From positions 4,774,001-4,838,000 of the forward strand of contig NC_092674.1 in assembly GCF_964355755.1 (NCBI RefSeq): DNA of 64,000 bases, written 5' to 3'. This document shows, piece by piece, positions 45,801-60,800 of this stretch; position 1 is the stretch's first letter; each line of letters opens with the position of its first letter. The position numbers and the translations under genes are program-made. Source of the DNA: Antedon mediterranea (lineage: Eukaryota; Animalia; Echinodermata). The notes under the pieces were generated by a model, which was not told where the DNA came from, searched no databases, and worked only from the letters and a program-made list of their open reading frames with translations.

Positions 45801-48800
45801 CAACACAATATATTTGTATCTACTAAATCGACCATCAAAGATAGTATCAATATTTTCTTTAAAACGTTATCTATTTGTAATTTCTGTCGAAACAAGTAGC
45901 TTACATAGGAACGTAAAGATAATAGAACTCTGGGGACACCTCCAGGACACAACAAATTGTCCCTTGTTTGAATATGGGTTGGCTGTAGTATAAAAATAAT
46001 AGTATATAAATTTTGTCCATCATTCATATCAAAGTAAAGTTTGTGGGTGGGTAGCATGTGGAGTGGGAGGAAAGGGTGTGTGGTGGGTGGGGGTAGCATG
46101 TGGAGTGGGAGGAAAGGGTGTGTGGTGGGTGGGGGTAGCATGTGGAGTGGGAGGAAAGGGTGTGTGGTGGGTGGGGGTAGCATGTGGAGTGGGAGGAAAG
46201 GGTGTGTGGTGGGTGGGGGTAGCATGTGGAGTGGGAGGAAAGGGTGTGTGGTGGGTGGGGGTAGCATGTGGAGTGGGAGGAAAGGGTGTGTGGTGGGTGG
46301 GGGTAGCATGTGGAGTGGGAGGAAAGGGTGTGTGGTGGATGGGGGTAGCATGTGGAGTGGGAGGAAAGGGTGTGTGGTGGGTGGGGTAGCATGTGGAGTG
46401 GGAGGAAAGGGTGTGTGGTAGGTGTATCCAAAAGAAAGAGTTATACTGTATTATTATTATGTTTAAATTTACTTTACTGTGTACAGTTATTGACATTATT
46501 AATATTACTATATAGATATTATTCATTTTTAACTTGTATTAAGTTGTATGTTACAGGGGTTGCGGACACAAATGTGTTATGGCGCTCTGTTGCTGTCGCA
46601 ACCCCTGGACCGCTTGTTGTCGAATAAAGAAATGAAAAATGAAATGAAAATGCATTGTACAACACTTTCAAGAAGTACCACTATATATTAACATTCCATA
46701 ATGCCTCGTAATAATATTTCTCTCTTATTCAATCTTTCAGTACTTTAGGATACAACAAAAATAGTACTTTATTTCACCTGGGAATGAATAAAGAAAGTGT
46801 GGTACGAGAACTGCCACTCACAAACCTATTTAATTTTACGCTGGTGGTAAACGAGATAAACGTGGCCCCAGAAGCACAGGGTATATTTAAAGTGAGTATA
46901 GTATTATACAGATATTGACTGCTTAGAGGTTAAATATAAGATTTGACATCCCCGAGGGAATGATATTATGTTCGAGGGAGTATTACCGTATTCTTAGCAT
47001 TCCAGTCATCACCTATCTACAGTAGCCATGTTTATTCAACCTTTGCCTTGTAATAATGTGTATAAAAAATTGAGATACAACATTAAAAATCGCAAATAGG
47101 AGGTTTTATTACTCGGGGATTGAGCATGTTTTGATAATGAAACTAATTACACTATCACAGAACATCATAATGTGTGTGCGCATTTGAATTTCATGAAAGT
47201 AAAGTTTGAAATATGTATATTTTGCAATATGTAAATGATGAAAAAAGTTTATGATTCCTCAAGGAACCATTTCAAAATCAAATAAATATACAAATAATGA
47301 ATGTTTATGTTGGATGGTGAGAATATTTCATGAAGATTGACTGCTGAGCTTCAACTCATGAAATATCCTCTCTGTTCAACACATGAAATATCCTACCCGT
47401 TCAACTCGTAAAATATTCTCTCCATTCAACTCATGAAATATTCTCTCCATTCAACTCATGAAATATTCTCTCCATTCAATTCATCAACTATTCTCTCCAT
47501 TCAACTCATGAAATATTCTCTCCATTCAACTCATGAAATATTCTCTCCATTCAACTCATGAAATATTCTCTCCATTCAACTCATGAAATATTCTCTCCAT
47601 TCATCTCATGGAATATTCTTTCCATTCAACTCATGAAATATTCTTTCCATTCAATGAATATAAAAAAATCATTATTTGTTTTATAACACACCTAATTACT
47701 AATATCTTTTTTGTTCTTTTCAAGATTGAAAATTTTAATGACACAATATCAATTCCACCACAATTGATGGACACGTCGGTTAGTCTACGTTTTCTCCCGG
47801 AAGCATCGGACAAACCAATGTCATCAATATTGCGGCTTAGTACCAATGCATCGGTCTTTACAGCTCCGGTTATTAGCTATTCTGGTAAACTTAAGGTGAG
47901 AACACTTTTACAAACGTCAGCACATCATCAGTAATATTCTTATCAATATTGTGCCCATTGTCACATTGAATCGAAGCCCAGATAACAGCTTTTAAATTAT
48001 AATTACACTAATATTAAATTATTATTTTTTACAGTATCTTATAAATGGAAAGCAGGAATCACAAATTAACTTTGGGTCATTAAGCCTCGAAGAAGAGAGG
48101 TCTATACAGGTCACAATTATTAACGATAATCCTGTGGAAGTAAGTAGTAGTAGTAGTAGGATCCTAATGTTAGTGTGTGTGTTTTTATGTTGTAGTGAGT
48201 CATAACTGTGTTTCGATAAGTGTTCATACAAAGTACAAAAACCTTAGATTTATTAGTAATGTCTCTTGCTTGTCACAAAGAATAGTAAAAAATCACCATG
48301 AATATAAAATAATCGCATGATAAAAATATCATAAAAAGGGGTAAAAAACTGACAGTATTACATAACAAAAGGATAAAATACTGTACAAATGCAGCATTAA
48401 TATTAACATTTTATAAAAAGTGTAAAACATTGACAAATAGTAAAATATCATAAATGAGTAAAATAAATTCAATAATTAAAATCATTAATGAACAAAAATG
48501 CTTTGTGTTTATTTATCATATTCATTCTTTATTTGGATTTACACATTAGATCGGTGGCAAAATAACAATATAGCATAACATTATAAAATACAAAGAAAGA
48601 AATAATTTAATTACATACAGAAAAGTATATGGTGTATATTTTTGGGGTGAAACATTCTTCTAATTTTAAAACAAATTCTTTATCGCACTTATCAAAATGA
48701 TTATGTCTCTATTTTAATTATCAATTTTATTCAAAAACAAAACTAATGTAATTTTATAGCCCTTAATATTTTCAATGATATTACGTGTATTTTGTTTCAC

Positions 48801-51800
48801 CTTTTAAAGCCATTTGGCCCCTGGAAGTTTCATTCCACTTAAACATTAGTTAATCAAACACAAGCCTAGCCAATTAATAAGCCATTAGGATTATTGATCG
48901 TAGCATAGAACGTAAACTGCATAAAATTAAGATTTATTATTAGAGGAGGAGAAAATAAATATTGGATATTGACATTATTAATTATCCTAATAAATTACTT
49001 TCTATTCTTAGGTATTTACATTTTTTTTAATTTTTGGAATATGTATGAACTTGACTATTTAGTTTGTTTCTCACTAGCCCAATAATTAGCCCATTGGGCT
49101 TATTGAATGTACCATTCAATAATCTGTTTATAAAATATCTTTATCGTGTTAAATTTGTGTTAGTTTTTTGGAGGGTTGGTGGGGTGTGAAGGAAGTGGTG
49201 AGAGGAGAGATTGGGGAAGTCAAGTGAACCATACTGGACTGATAATTTTTTTTACTTGTCCATTGGTGATAAATCTATGCTTGCTTGCCCAAAGTGATAA
49301 TTACTGGATACTGGGCTAGTCTTAATTAATTAATTAAAGATTATTATTATTATTGTCCCTCTGAAAAAAATCATTCAAATCAACTTTTGTTGAATATACC
49401 ATTTTAATGTCAAATAAAAGTTAACCACTTTGAACAAAAATTATAATGAAAACAAAATGTATTTGCCTGAAAAACTGTAAATTTATTTAAAATCAGTACA
49501 TTTTAAAGGTTTACATAATTTCATCTGTGATATGTTTTACAAATTAATTATTTAATTTTTTTATTTTATTTTCGTCTTAGGTTGTGATTGATTATTTAAA
49601 TGGCAGTTTACCAGATTGTGCAGTTACTTTACAACTACTTGGCATAGCTGAAGGAGACCCAGCAAGTCCACAATTAGCTGACAAAACATCAACAGACAAG
49701 GTTTATCCAGTATGTATGATTAGTGTCATTTCAGGGTATAACCAATAAGGTGGAGTTACAGCTTAGGTTGTGATGTTAAGCTGCCAATCCCAGGGTCATA
49801 GGTTAAAACATTTTGTGTAGTGTATCTTTGTGTATATGATAAATAAGAGGATTTGTAAATAGAAAAGCCCATTTATATTAGTCTAATTGGGAAACTTGTT
49901 CATTTGTGTGAGTGTGTGTATAAATAACTCTTTAGAAAGTATTACTGTAAAGCTCTGTCTACAATATCAAACTAGTTTGACAAAAAAGTGTGCCCAAATA
50001 TGGTAGTGATATGCCCAAATATGGTAGTGATATAACATCATCATGTCCATATATGGGCACATCACATTTTTTGTCACATAATGTAGACAGAGCTTAAGTC
50101 GCCATATTAATATTTATTGAAGGAATATTTGATGTGCATACAATGTTCATTTCTATACATCATTATAAATAACCAAATTATTTTGTTCAGGTTGTTCTAC
50201 CTCCAAATCACTACGCAGTCTTTCAAGTCTCAGTTGTAGCATCATCAGATGAAGGGACATTTGTTAGCGCCCTCAATGTTCGTACAAAATACCAAACTCT
50301 TGCAATCGCCATGGTGATTACAACACTAGAAGGCTGTTTATTTTTATCTCCCGAGAGCATTCAATTAAAGCCATCTTTTCCTGTAAGTAGAACAACTGTT
50401 ATATGTTTACTGCAGTAATAGTCTTAATGCAGTAATATGATATAAGTTAGGTATGCAGTACACCATGTGTTTTCAAAAGTTAGTTTATCACATTTCGGTC
50501 GTTAAGCTCTGTCTACACTATGACAAAAAATGTGATGAGCCCATTTATGGACATGATGATATCACTACCACATTTGGGCTTATCACTACCATATTTGGGC
50601 ACATCACACTTTTTTGGTCAAACTATCCAGTACTGTACAGAGGCGATGCTAAAAGCAACAGTACAAAAATTATAATTAATTCATTAATAATTTAATATTT
50701 ATTATTATTAATTTAAATATTCCTGATTTTAAATTATATGAAGTGAAAAAAAATTCTTGGCAAGAATAATTTTTGGCAAGGAAGTACATACGATTGATTC
50801 AAATTAACAATATTTCATTTCTTTTTTTTTTTTTTTTATTTGAAATCATAATGTATTTGCGTGATAGGAATGAAACTCTGTTTACACTATCAAACTTTAT
50901 GTGACAAAAAAATGTGATGTACCTATATATGGACACAATGATGTCATATCACTACCATTTTTGGGCACATCACACTTTTTTTATTTGATTGTGTAGACAG
51001 AGCTTTACAGAGTAGACATAATATGAACCGGGACTCTTGTATTAGTAAGCAAACCACCAAGTTACAGTGCCATATTTTATTTTTTCTTGCAGGGACTAGT
51101 TGTTTCACAAACTATTTATGTAACAAATAATTTTGGACAATCGATGCAATTAGAAAGTGTAGAACCAGATCCTCCAGATGCAAGGTTTTATCATAGACTG
51201 CCTAAAAAAGTAGATAAAGTCACCATTCCTGGTTATGCTAAGGCTAAGGTAAGACCGTATAACAAATTAAAAAAAAAATTCTTTTTTATTATTATTTTTT
51301 ACTTTTATTTGGTTTCCAGCTGCATAATGAATTGCTTCTATTCCAAACAGCAGTAAAAATAGTGTTTAAAAATTGGCCATTTTTCATAAAAATTGATGTA
51401 CTAAGTGTTATATAGTACATACATTTTTTTCTTAAAAATTGCCAAAATATATAAAATAAACTAAAAAAGACTAGGCCTAGCCATTAAACACAAGAGCAAT
51501 CGTAGACTATATTTTGTCAGTTAGATTGAGTACTTTGGTAGATATATGTCCTTAATAAATATTATTATACGATGTATTTGACAATTTTGTATTATAAATT
51601 TGGATATCTTATATTAAAACTCTGTCTACACTACAAACTTTATGTGACAAAAAAATGTGCCCATATATATATACCTGTATAATATATAAATCCAAAGGCA
51701 AATTACTGCACAAATGACAGTGCTGTGTGGGTATCAGTGGCTGAATCTCAATGGAGATACAACAACATTTATTCATAAAAAAAACACATAAATAGTACAA

Positions 51801-54800
51801 ACAGAAGGCAGCCAACGGCTGAAATATTCTGCAAACAATTCAAAAGAATCTAATAACAATATAATATATGGATATGATGATGTCATATCACTACCATATT
51901 TAAGCATATCACTACCATATTTGAGCACATCACACTTTTTTGTCAAACTAGTTTGATAGTGTAGACAAAGTTTTATGATTGGGTACATTGTCTAAAATTC
52001 ATTTCTAATTTGGAAGATTACAGTAATTCATATTTTGTCTGGATTTCCTACAGTTTGAGGATTGTTTTTAAATCTCCCCTTTTGTGAAATCTTCAAAGCA
52101 GTTACAGGTACATTTCTCGTCCTGTAATCTCACTCAGATTAATAAGGTCAGTCGAAAGGAAGAGCTTAATACAAAATGACACAAGTGTTACTCCAGAGGG
52201 AGTCTTGTGGTCGGAACAAAGACGACAACAGGTGAAAGATAAGTGACAGACTCCAAACTGTCACACACGTCCCATCACCAAAGTGAAATGAAAATATATT
52301 ATTTTTTTGAAATGCATCATATTCTTTCTTTATTCACTTGAAGAAAAAAATATGATATACCCTATCCATAAATGGTATAGCCCACAAACCTAATCATCCT
52401 CACCAATCAATAATGATATTACTTTACTTAAAATGATTTCTTAATTTACTTATTCAGATTGGAAAAATTGTTTTTGATGTCCGAAAAAATTGTGGAAAAT
52501 CATGTTACATAGGAATGCCATTAGAATCAGGACGTAAGTTGTTTTTCTTAAGACTACACTATCTGAAATATTCACATTGTCAACATCATCTGTCTGTAAT
52601 TACCGCTATTACAAAACCCTTATGCTAAAGTATAGGGTATGCTACAGGACCACCCTTGCCTTTTAAAATAATTTGTAAGCAAAACTCTCTTTCTCATACA
52701 ATTATGATAACTATTTAACACTAAAAGTAAGTACAAAATACAAAATGTTTTATTAAATTAGTGAAATATTGAACTTTCATTTTTGTGTTTTCTAAATTTT
52801 TTATCCCACTTTGGTTGATTATTTGCAATATTAATTTAAATAAAATGATAACGTAGTGTAATATTGTACCGTAATATTATTGTAAATGTAATACATTATT
52901 TATTAATTAATTTTTATTAATAATGTATATGTTACAATAAATTATAATAATTGTATTATATCACATCACCTTTATTTACTGATAACAAGTGAACCCCATA
53001 AAACAATTGAATTTTTGTCGGAAATTCTCGCTTAATGTAATAACTTAATTGTCTGAAGTACAGTATGATCCATCTATGACTAACAATGTCTATACAAAAC
53101 AGCCAATGTATATATTATACTGTAGTATGATTAATAATTTATTTGCATTGCGCGATATTTAATTGGGTCATCGTTTACATAATCATTATTCTATTTATTT
53201 ATTTGGCCTCATTGCGTGAATGCAATGAGAATGAGAAAGTAGTATTCATTACCTTGTTTTGTAAATAATTATACATTACATTTAAGTGTTATTATTTGGA
53301 GTTTTTATCTGTGTATGAAACCGATTGGCATTTACTGGTTTATACAAAGATATTATATAATTTACTAGAGTGTGAACTCAACTCCAACTTAATCATAGAG
53401 CATTAAATATAGTCACTAGTTAGAAGTGACACTATCTACTTAGTCTCACACAACAACCACACATTAACCCGAGAATGTATTCATGGCACTGCGTGGTTGC
53501 TAGCGCAACCAAAAATGCGTTCAGCCTGCCTGAGTGACTCCAAGATCACCATTGGAATAGGCTTATTGAAGTAGTCATTTTAAAACTTAATAATTTTCAA
53601 TAAAAACAAACTAAAATTTCAAAAGAAAGAAAGAGATCACTAAATATTTGTTTTTAATAATCTATTTATTCTTCAACTACAGTTTAAGTTTAAAAAAATC
53701 AAGCTAAGATACATAATTTGATAGAAATACAGATCTTTACTGTTTATCAACATAGTAGCGCTGAACGATATTTTTGGGTTGTCTAGCAACCATGCAGCAC
53801 CCTCTATCGTTGGGATGTCACACCGTGATACTCTATAGCTTTGCATCAGGGTGTTGAGTAATTTGTCAAATGTTTAGCCCTACTCTGACGTAATTTTATA
53901 CTTCATATACTGTAATATACTAAGTACATCTCCCACTCGAGAATTACTTAATAATAATATTTATTTCTACAAATAATAGATCAAAATATAGAGTAACATA
54001 ATAAATATACAACTGATAATGAACATAATTAATATAATGCAAGAAAAGAAATATATAAGTGGAAACTTGCAAATTTTTACAGAAGTATTCCTAATGTACT
54101 TAAAGTATAAAGTACAAATTACGTCAGAGAAGGGCAAAACATCTGACCAATTTTTGGTTTTGTTGTTATGTTTGATAGTATCATATGAATGTTTATATAG
54201 TATTTACAACAAAAATAGTTGAATATTTGCGTATTAAATTGCTACATAGTTTATTGTTAAACATATTATTGAGCCATAAATCATTTGGTTTTGCTGGTAT
54301 TTGCTAGATTTCAACATGAAATGATTCTAAATTAAATAAATGTTATTGATTGAGTCAGTTGCGATTGACTTTGCAATGGATATACAAAATATATTATATC
54401 AAGAAAAGAAAAAAATATTTTGCAAGACTACACATATATTAAATACATTTTTTTTAAATCAAAATGTTACTTTTCTTTCTAATTGTAGGTGGTGTTGATT
54501 GGAAAAATTCTTTAGTATTGGATCATACCACAGGTAATCTGGACCTGGATTGTTATGAGCCAATTTGGAGTTCATGGTTAAACATTTATAGAGGCAACAA
54601 ACACAAGTGAGTACCACCTATAGTTGAGTTGACGCTCCCAATACTGGACTACAAAACCGGAAAAATTCTCCCCAAACCAGACTTTGTATATATGTCTAAA
54701 AGCTTTGGAAAAATGTTGTTTTGAATCGGACATAATTTTGATATGCTTATACAGTAAAACCCCTCTTTTGTGACAACCCTATTCAGAGGACATTTCTATT

Positions 54801-57800
54801 AAGGGGACACTTTCCAATGACAGGAACAAAGGAAAATATATGTTTTAACACAACAACCAACCCCTATTCAGGGAACACCTCTATTAAGGAGCACATTTCT
54901 TGGTCCCATGGTGTCCCCTTAATAGAGGGTCTACTGTATAAGAATATTTTTTAGTCTCTGTCTACACTATCAAACTTTATGTGCCCATATATATACACGA
55001 TAACATCATATTACTACCATATTTGGGCACATAACACTTTTATTGTCAAACTAGTTTGATAGTGTAGACAGAGGTTAAAAGCAGTAATAAATATTAAGAC
55101 TAATTCTTTCCTTTTTGGTATTTTAGACTTAATACTACAATGAATTTCAACAGCAATCTAGTTCACAATATCATAATTCCAGTAAAAGCAGAGCTGACAT
55201 GGCCCAGGATTGTACAATCAGATACAGTTACATTTCCACATACATACATAGGAACAACATCTGTAAGTTACTGCTAATTGCTTTAGTTACCATTTGACCT
55301 TCCTTCGCCCATGCATCGCCTTAAATATAAAAGCTAAAAGAGCCTCATCTAGTAAATCAATTCTTTGAAATCTGATTTTTAACCGTCAATAATGATAAAT
55401 GTAAAAACCCATAATATAGCTATCTAACAGACATAACTGTAACCTTCCTATTTTGTATCACCTTCCATTTTAATTTTGTGCAATGAAAATGTGCATCGCT
55501 ATAACTGCTCTACACAAACCATGTATTTTTAATGGGCCTGGCCTTCAACTTTCGGTAGTGGTGGATTGTATCATTTTTTTAATGGGAAATATACTTGTAT
55601 TGTTTTATAGAGCATTGCAGTGAATCTTAAAAATCCTAGTAACCAACTACTCGTAGTACAGGTAGTGCCAATATCAGAATACCCAGCACCAATGATGATG
55701 GAAGATGTTCTACAAAAAAGGTAACAACTTTAAACAATCAATGCTATAAATAACACACCTCAATAAATTGCCTATGCGATGTAGAATCTTCAAATGCTCA
55801 TTTAATTCATCTGTCAACAAAGACGTGTAGTTTCCGTTTCTTTTCGTAGGCATTTGAAATTGTTTGCCTATCTCTATCCGTCAGGCAACTTCAGATCTGA
55901 AATATCTTTATTTCAAATTATATTGAAATATTTTCAAGGTTTTTTTTCTCCAGAAGAAAGGAGATGTTTTTGTAGTAATATTGAAATTTGAGATATTCTT
56001 AATAATAATATATTTTAATCAGACATTTTGCAAGCATCGATTTATTCTATTATTTTCAGATTTAAGTATGATAAAATTGAAATAGATGATCCATCCGTGT
56101 TCTATCTTCAAGATATTAAAGAAAAGGTAAACATTATATTTACTTAAAGATATATTGTCCTCCAAAAACATGAAGATTAAGAAAATCAGAAAAAATTATG
56201 TTTTTACTTTTAAAATGACAAAATAAACGAATAAATTCAACCAAAAACTCATTGGCTGGCAGCCAATTTGACTATTTTTTGCTTTAAATTACAGTTTTTT
56301 TCAGGTACTGTAAGTACATTTTTTTCTGATCCAATTTTTGATGAAAGTGAAATGAAAATGGAATATTAAAAATAAAAATTGTAACAAATTATATATTTTC
56401 AGGGGGACAATACAATTTTAAAACTAATAAAGTTATAGCTGAGAATATAATTTTCAATAATACAATTTGAGACACCCATGATAAATGATAGAGCGGCAAT
56501 ATATAACACTACAGCTAATCCCTATTCAGAAAACCATTTAAAGGAACACTTTCTTGAAAACCTTGGTAATATGTTTTAACACTATGGTAAATGATTAAGC
56601 TTGCTGTGAAAAATAACTGTTTTTCTTTTCTTTATATAGGATTCACCAGGTAGAGGCTTACTAAAACATCGAAGTGCAATAGAAAAAACTTTTGGAGTAT
56701 CGCCTAATATATCCGTATTAACCATCAGCATCAAAGCTCATGAAAACATCACAATAAATGTAGGATTTAGACCAACAGATCATCGCGAAAGGATCTCACT
56801 CATTCTTATTAGGTAAATATAACTTTGACTGTGTTTTAATATTGTTTACATGTTGTCATAGCAAATAAACACTAGTAAAATAAGGTTTGGAATTGCACCT
56901 TGTGTTTCCAAAAAAAGGAAATATAGTTGAGAATGTTTTGTTTCGTTTATTTCCACTCATCAAATTTTTAAAACAGTTTAAACATATGTATACATTGTAT
57001 ATAATATGGGTGGATGGAGGTCACAGAACTAGCATTTATCCTAGGCAAATTGTAGCACCAAATTTGTAGGATAAAATTGCAATTAATTTTCAAAATTCTT
57101 TTTCTCTTGTGGCAGAAATAACATGACCATCATGGATGCATTTGTTGTAAAGGGTACCGGAGCGAGAGGGGAACTACGGTTGAATGGAAGAGTGCCAAAT
57201 AGTAATAGTAATCTACTTTTTGAATTAAAACCAACACATTTAGCAGATTGTAATAGTAAGTATTTCCAAAAATATTTTTCTGCCAATCAAAAGATTTTAT
57301 GTGTGAAAGTATTAATAATAAAATTACTTTTTAATAAAGCTCTGTCTACACTATCAAACTTTATGTGACAAAAAAATATAATGTGCCCATATATGGACAT
57401 GACGACATCATATCACTACCATATTTGGGCACGTCACACCTTTTTTCAAACTAGACAGAGTTTTAAATTTAAATAATTTCTTTTTTAGAAACACATTTAA
57501 AAGGAAAAACACCAAACTTTACAGTTGGTAAACAGTTCAAATTAACAAACGAAGGACTGTTGGCTCTACCAATAAAAACGTTTCTAATAAACGGTCAAGA
57601 ATGCGAAGGTTATGGCTTTCGTGTTCGACAATGTCAACCAATGCAGTTAGCACCGGACGACACACCAAAAATAGATATAGCGTATGTTTTTTTTTTTTAT
57701 TGATTTGCATACTTTCAACTTAGAGAATTTCATTTTATGTATTAGGCACATGTGGCCAAGAATTCCCAATAGTAAATGAATCAGATATCAGATAGGTGGT

Positions 57801-60800
57801 AATCCCCCTAAACCAGTTCACCATGTTACTGAAGAGGGTTCTTTAAAGTGTACAAGGATGAACTGTTTATGGTCCTTATCTGAGAAATATAGAAATAATA
57901 GCTTGTTTGCTTTATACTATCTAGTTTGTCTAAGTACTCTCATTTACACTGATGATGGGCTAATGTTGCCTGAAAGCTCTATTTTACAGAACATTTTTAT
58001 ATGTATATTCTTTCTTCACTTACAGATTTACCCCAGACTTTTCCATGTCCAGAGTAACAAGAACACTAACTATTGTTATTGAAGATGGAACAGAGCTAGA
58101 TTACACTCTAATAGCAACATTACCCCCTCACCTTCTTTCAAGTTGCGCTGCGGCCATTCCACGCCCTCAGTGGGAAAACATGCTTTACCTCGGCACAGCA
58201 ATTCTTATGAACGTATTTTTTCTTGGCGTTCTCATGGTTTCGTACCTGGAGTCGTTAAGATTTAGCGAATTGATGCCAACAAGATTTTCACACACAAACG
58301 GAGAGGTTGATAAGTCTAAACGATTTGATCTTAGAACTATCAATGGCCCAGTGGGTACTACAAAAGAAAAGTAAGTATATTTTGTTGTTTAACTATTCAA
58401 TTTATTTCAGAACCAATTATAAATTTGAGTAAAACATTTTTTGTTAATGAATTGAATGTCTCCAAGACTAGAAAAGGTTAAAATGCAGTCATATAGAAAG
58501 TTACCTACATTTTTATTTGTTCTTATCTTTTTTACCCATTCTAGAATTATAGGTTTATTGTCTTTTGCTTTTTTTCTTTCTACAGTAACAACAGTTTATT
58601 AGCAATTATAAAGAAAAAAATTGGTTATGGAAGAAAAACAAATTCATCTCCACCACCCGACACACCTCCTAGTCCGGTTGAGGACGTAGCCAACAATACA
58701 CGCAAAACAGACTCTCGAAATTCCAATCCACGAAAAGTACATCCAGAAAAAGATAGGGTTAAAAATAATTTAGGTCGAGGAAGTCGACATCAACGCACAG
58801 GAAGTGATCAACGAAACAGCGAATCACCTTCTGAAAATTATACACGTAGAGGGCGTTCTTCACGGCATCGACACCATGAAAACAGATATGAACGGAGCAA
58901 TCCGTCACCCAATACGCCAGAAATGGATTTAGAAGAGCAAAATATTATTTTAAACGATCAGGACATAGAAAATACAGCAGTTTCACAAGAACCTTATATT
59001 TATGATTATAGCACTACGCAAAATGAAGAAGAAAATAAAACAGTTAAAAGCAGAAAAAATAGACTACATCACAGAATGGTTGATCATTGTGATGGCAGTA
59101 TTGAACAACAAGAACTTGACGCTGATCATGTTTGTGATGATTCTTCGTCAACGACAACCGAAAACTCCAACGCAGATTCTGAACTTAGTGACAAACCAAA
59201 ACATGTACGTTAAAAGATTGAAATTGATTTTTACTACACTATCAAACTAGTTTGACAAAAAAAGTGTGATGTGCCTAAACATGGTAGGGATATGCCCAAA
59301 TATGGTAGTGATATGTATGTCATGTATATATATGGGCATACCACATTTTTTATCACATAAAGTTTGATAGTGTAGACAAGGCTTTATATGAGTATTATGA
59401 TGAAATTATGTCCATGGCATAACACATGCTTAATTATAATTTTGAATTCTACCACAAAAAAAATTTCATTTAACCTATTTTTTCAAATGTCTGAATCTGC
59501 TTATGATTTAGAGGCATCCATCATCCTAGAGTACATATTCTGTAGTACATTATCCTAGAGTACATTATCCTAGAGTACATTATCCTAGTACTGTAGAGTC
59601 AACTGCATGGTGGTATGACTGTCTAGGAGAATCAATCAATTCTGACACTACAGCCAACAAAATATACACATTTTGAGTATTATTCAACCTACTTCTATAC
59701 GTGGTAACATTTGATAATCGGAAACATTTTGCATTATTTCTAATTTTTAAATGACCCACACCATTTCATTAAATTACTATTTTTCTTTAACCAGTATGCA
59801 GACCTCGATGAGATAGATCTAATTGCACCAGCGATGGACTCTCAGAATCGCAAGGCAAGCAAAAAAGACAAAAGTAACAACCCAGATGAGACTAAATTTG
59901 AAAGTATTAAACGAAACAAACCACGACGACACACAAGAGCCTTCAATGGAGATGTCTGTAGGCCAAGGTAACTATTTCATTATTTGTAATTTAAAGCTCT
60001 GTCTACACTCTGTCTACACTCTATCAAACTCTATGTGACAACAATATGTGATGTGCCCATGTATGGACATGATGTCATATCACTACCATATTTGGGCACA
60101 TCACATTTTTCTGTCAAACTAGTTTGATATTGTGGACAGAGTGTAAAATACCTGCTCAAGTATTGTAAAAGTACAGTAACAACTATCTTTGTGAACTTAC
60201 TAATTGACTATGTTGTGAGCAATGTTGATAAATAATAATAATATATTTATTGATATATTAATTGTCATTACAGCACACTTGAGCTGCCCTACACCACGCC
60301 TCTTGAAGCAAGAAAAAGACAACACAAACCAACAACAGCCATCAAAGAGTCATGTACTTCGCCACACGCCATAGCGGCAAAGATCACTGCTCAGGCAACC
60401 AAGAAGAACATCCGTCTTCAGATGGCTAAAAACAAAGCAGAGAAAGCAAGATCCGATGACACAGCAAGCACATGTAGCAGTAGTGACTTGGATAAGGACT
60501 CGCCACCACCGTTGTGGGATCAAGCCAAACCAATGCCACATGATGGGGGTAAGTGCCATATGCCGACATGTTGGTGATCATGATATATCACATATTCCAT
60601 GATGTATGTCTATTAAAAACCATTGTAAATGCCTGTTGCCACATTTGAGAAGGACAGTGAATGAAATGTTGTTGTTTATTCATTTCAAGGCCGTAGCGAG
60701 AGGTTAAAAACAGACAAGGCAAAGATGCTTTAAAAATAATTATTCATATAAAATATGACGATCTGTGCAGGGGAATTGGGGTGGGTGGTAAAAATTGAAA

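Noticed and set aside
45755-46627. Six long overlapping ORFs with repetitive Pro/His or Gly/Trp peptides
   Set aside because: Produced by a stop-free 42-bp tandem repeat; no splice or homology support
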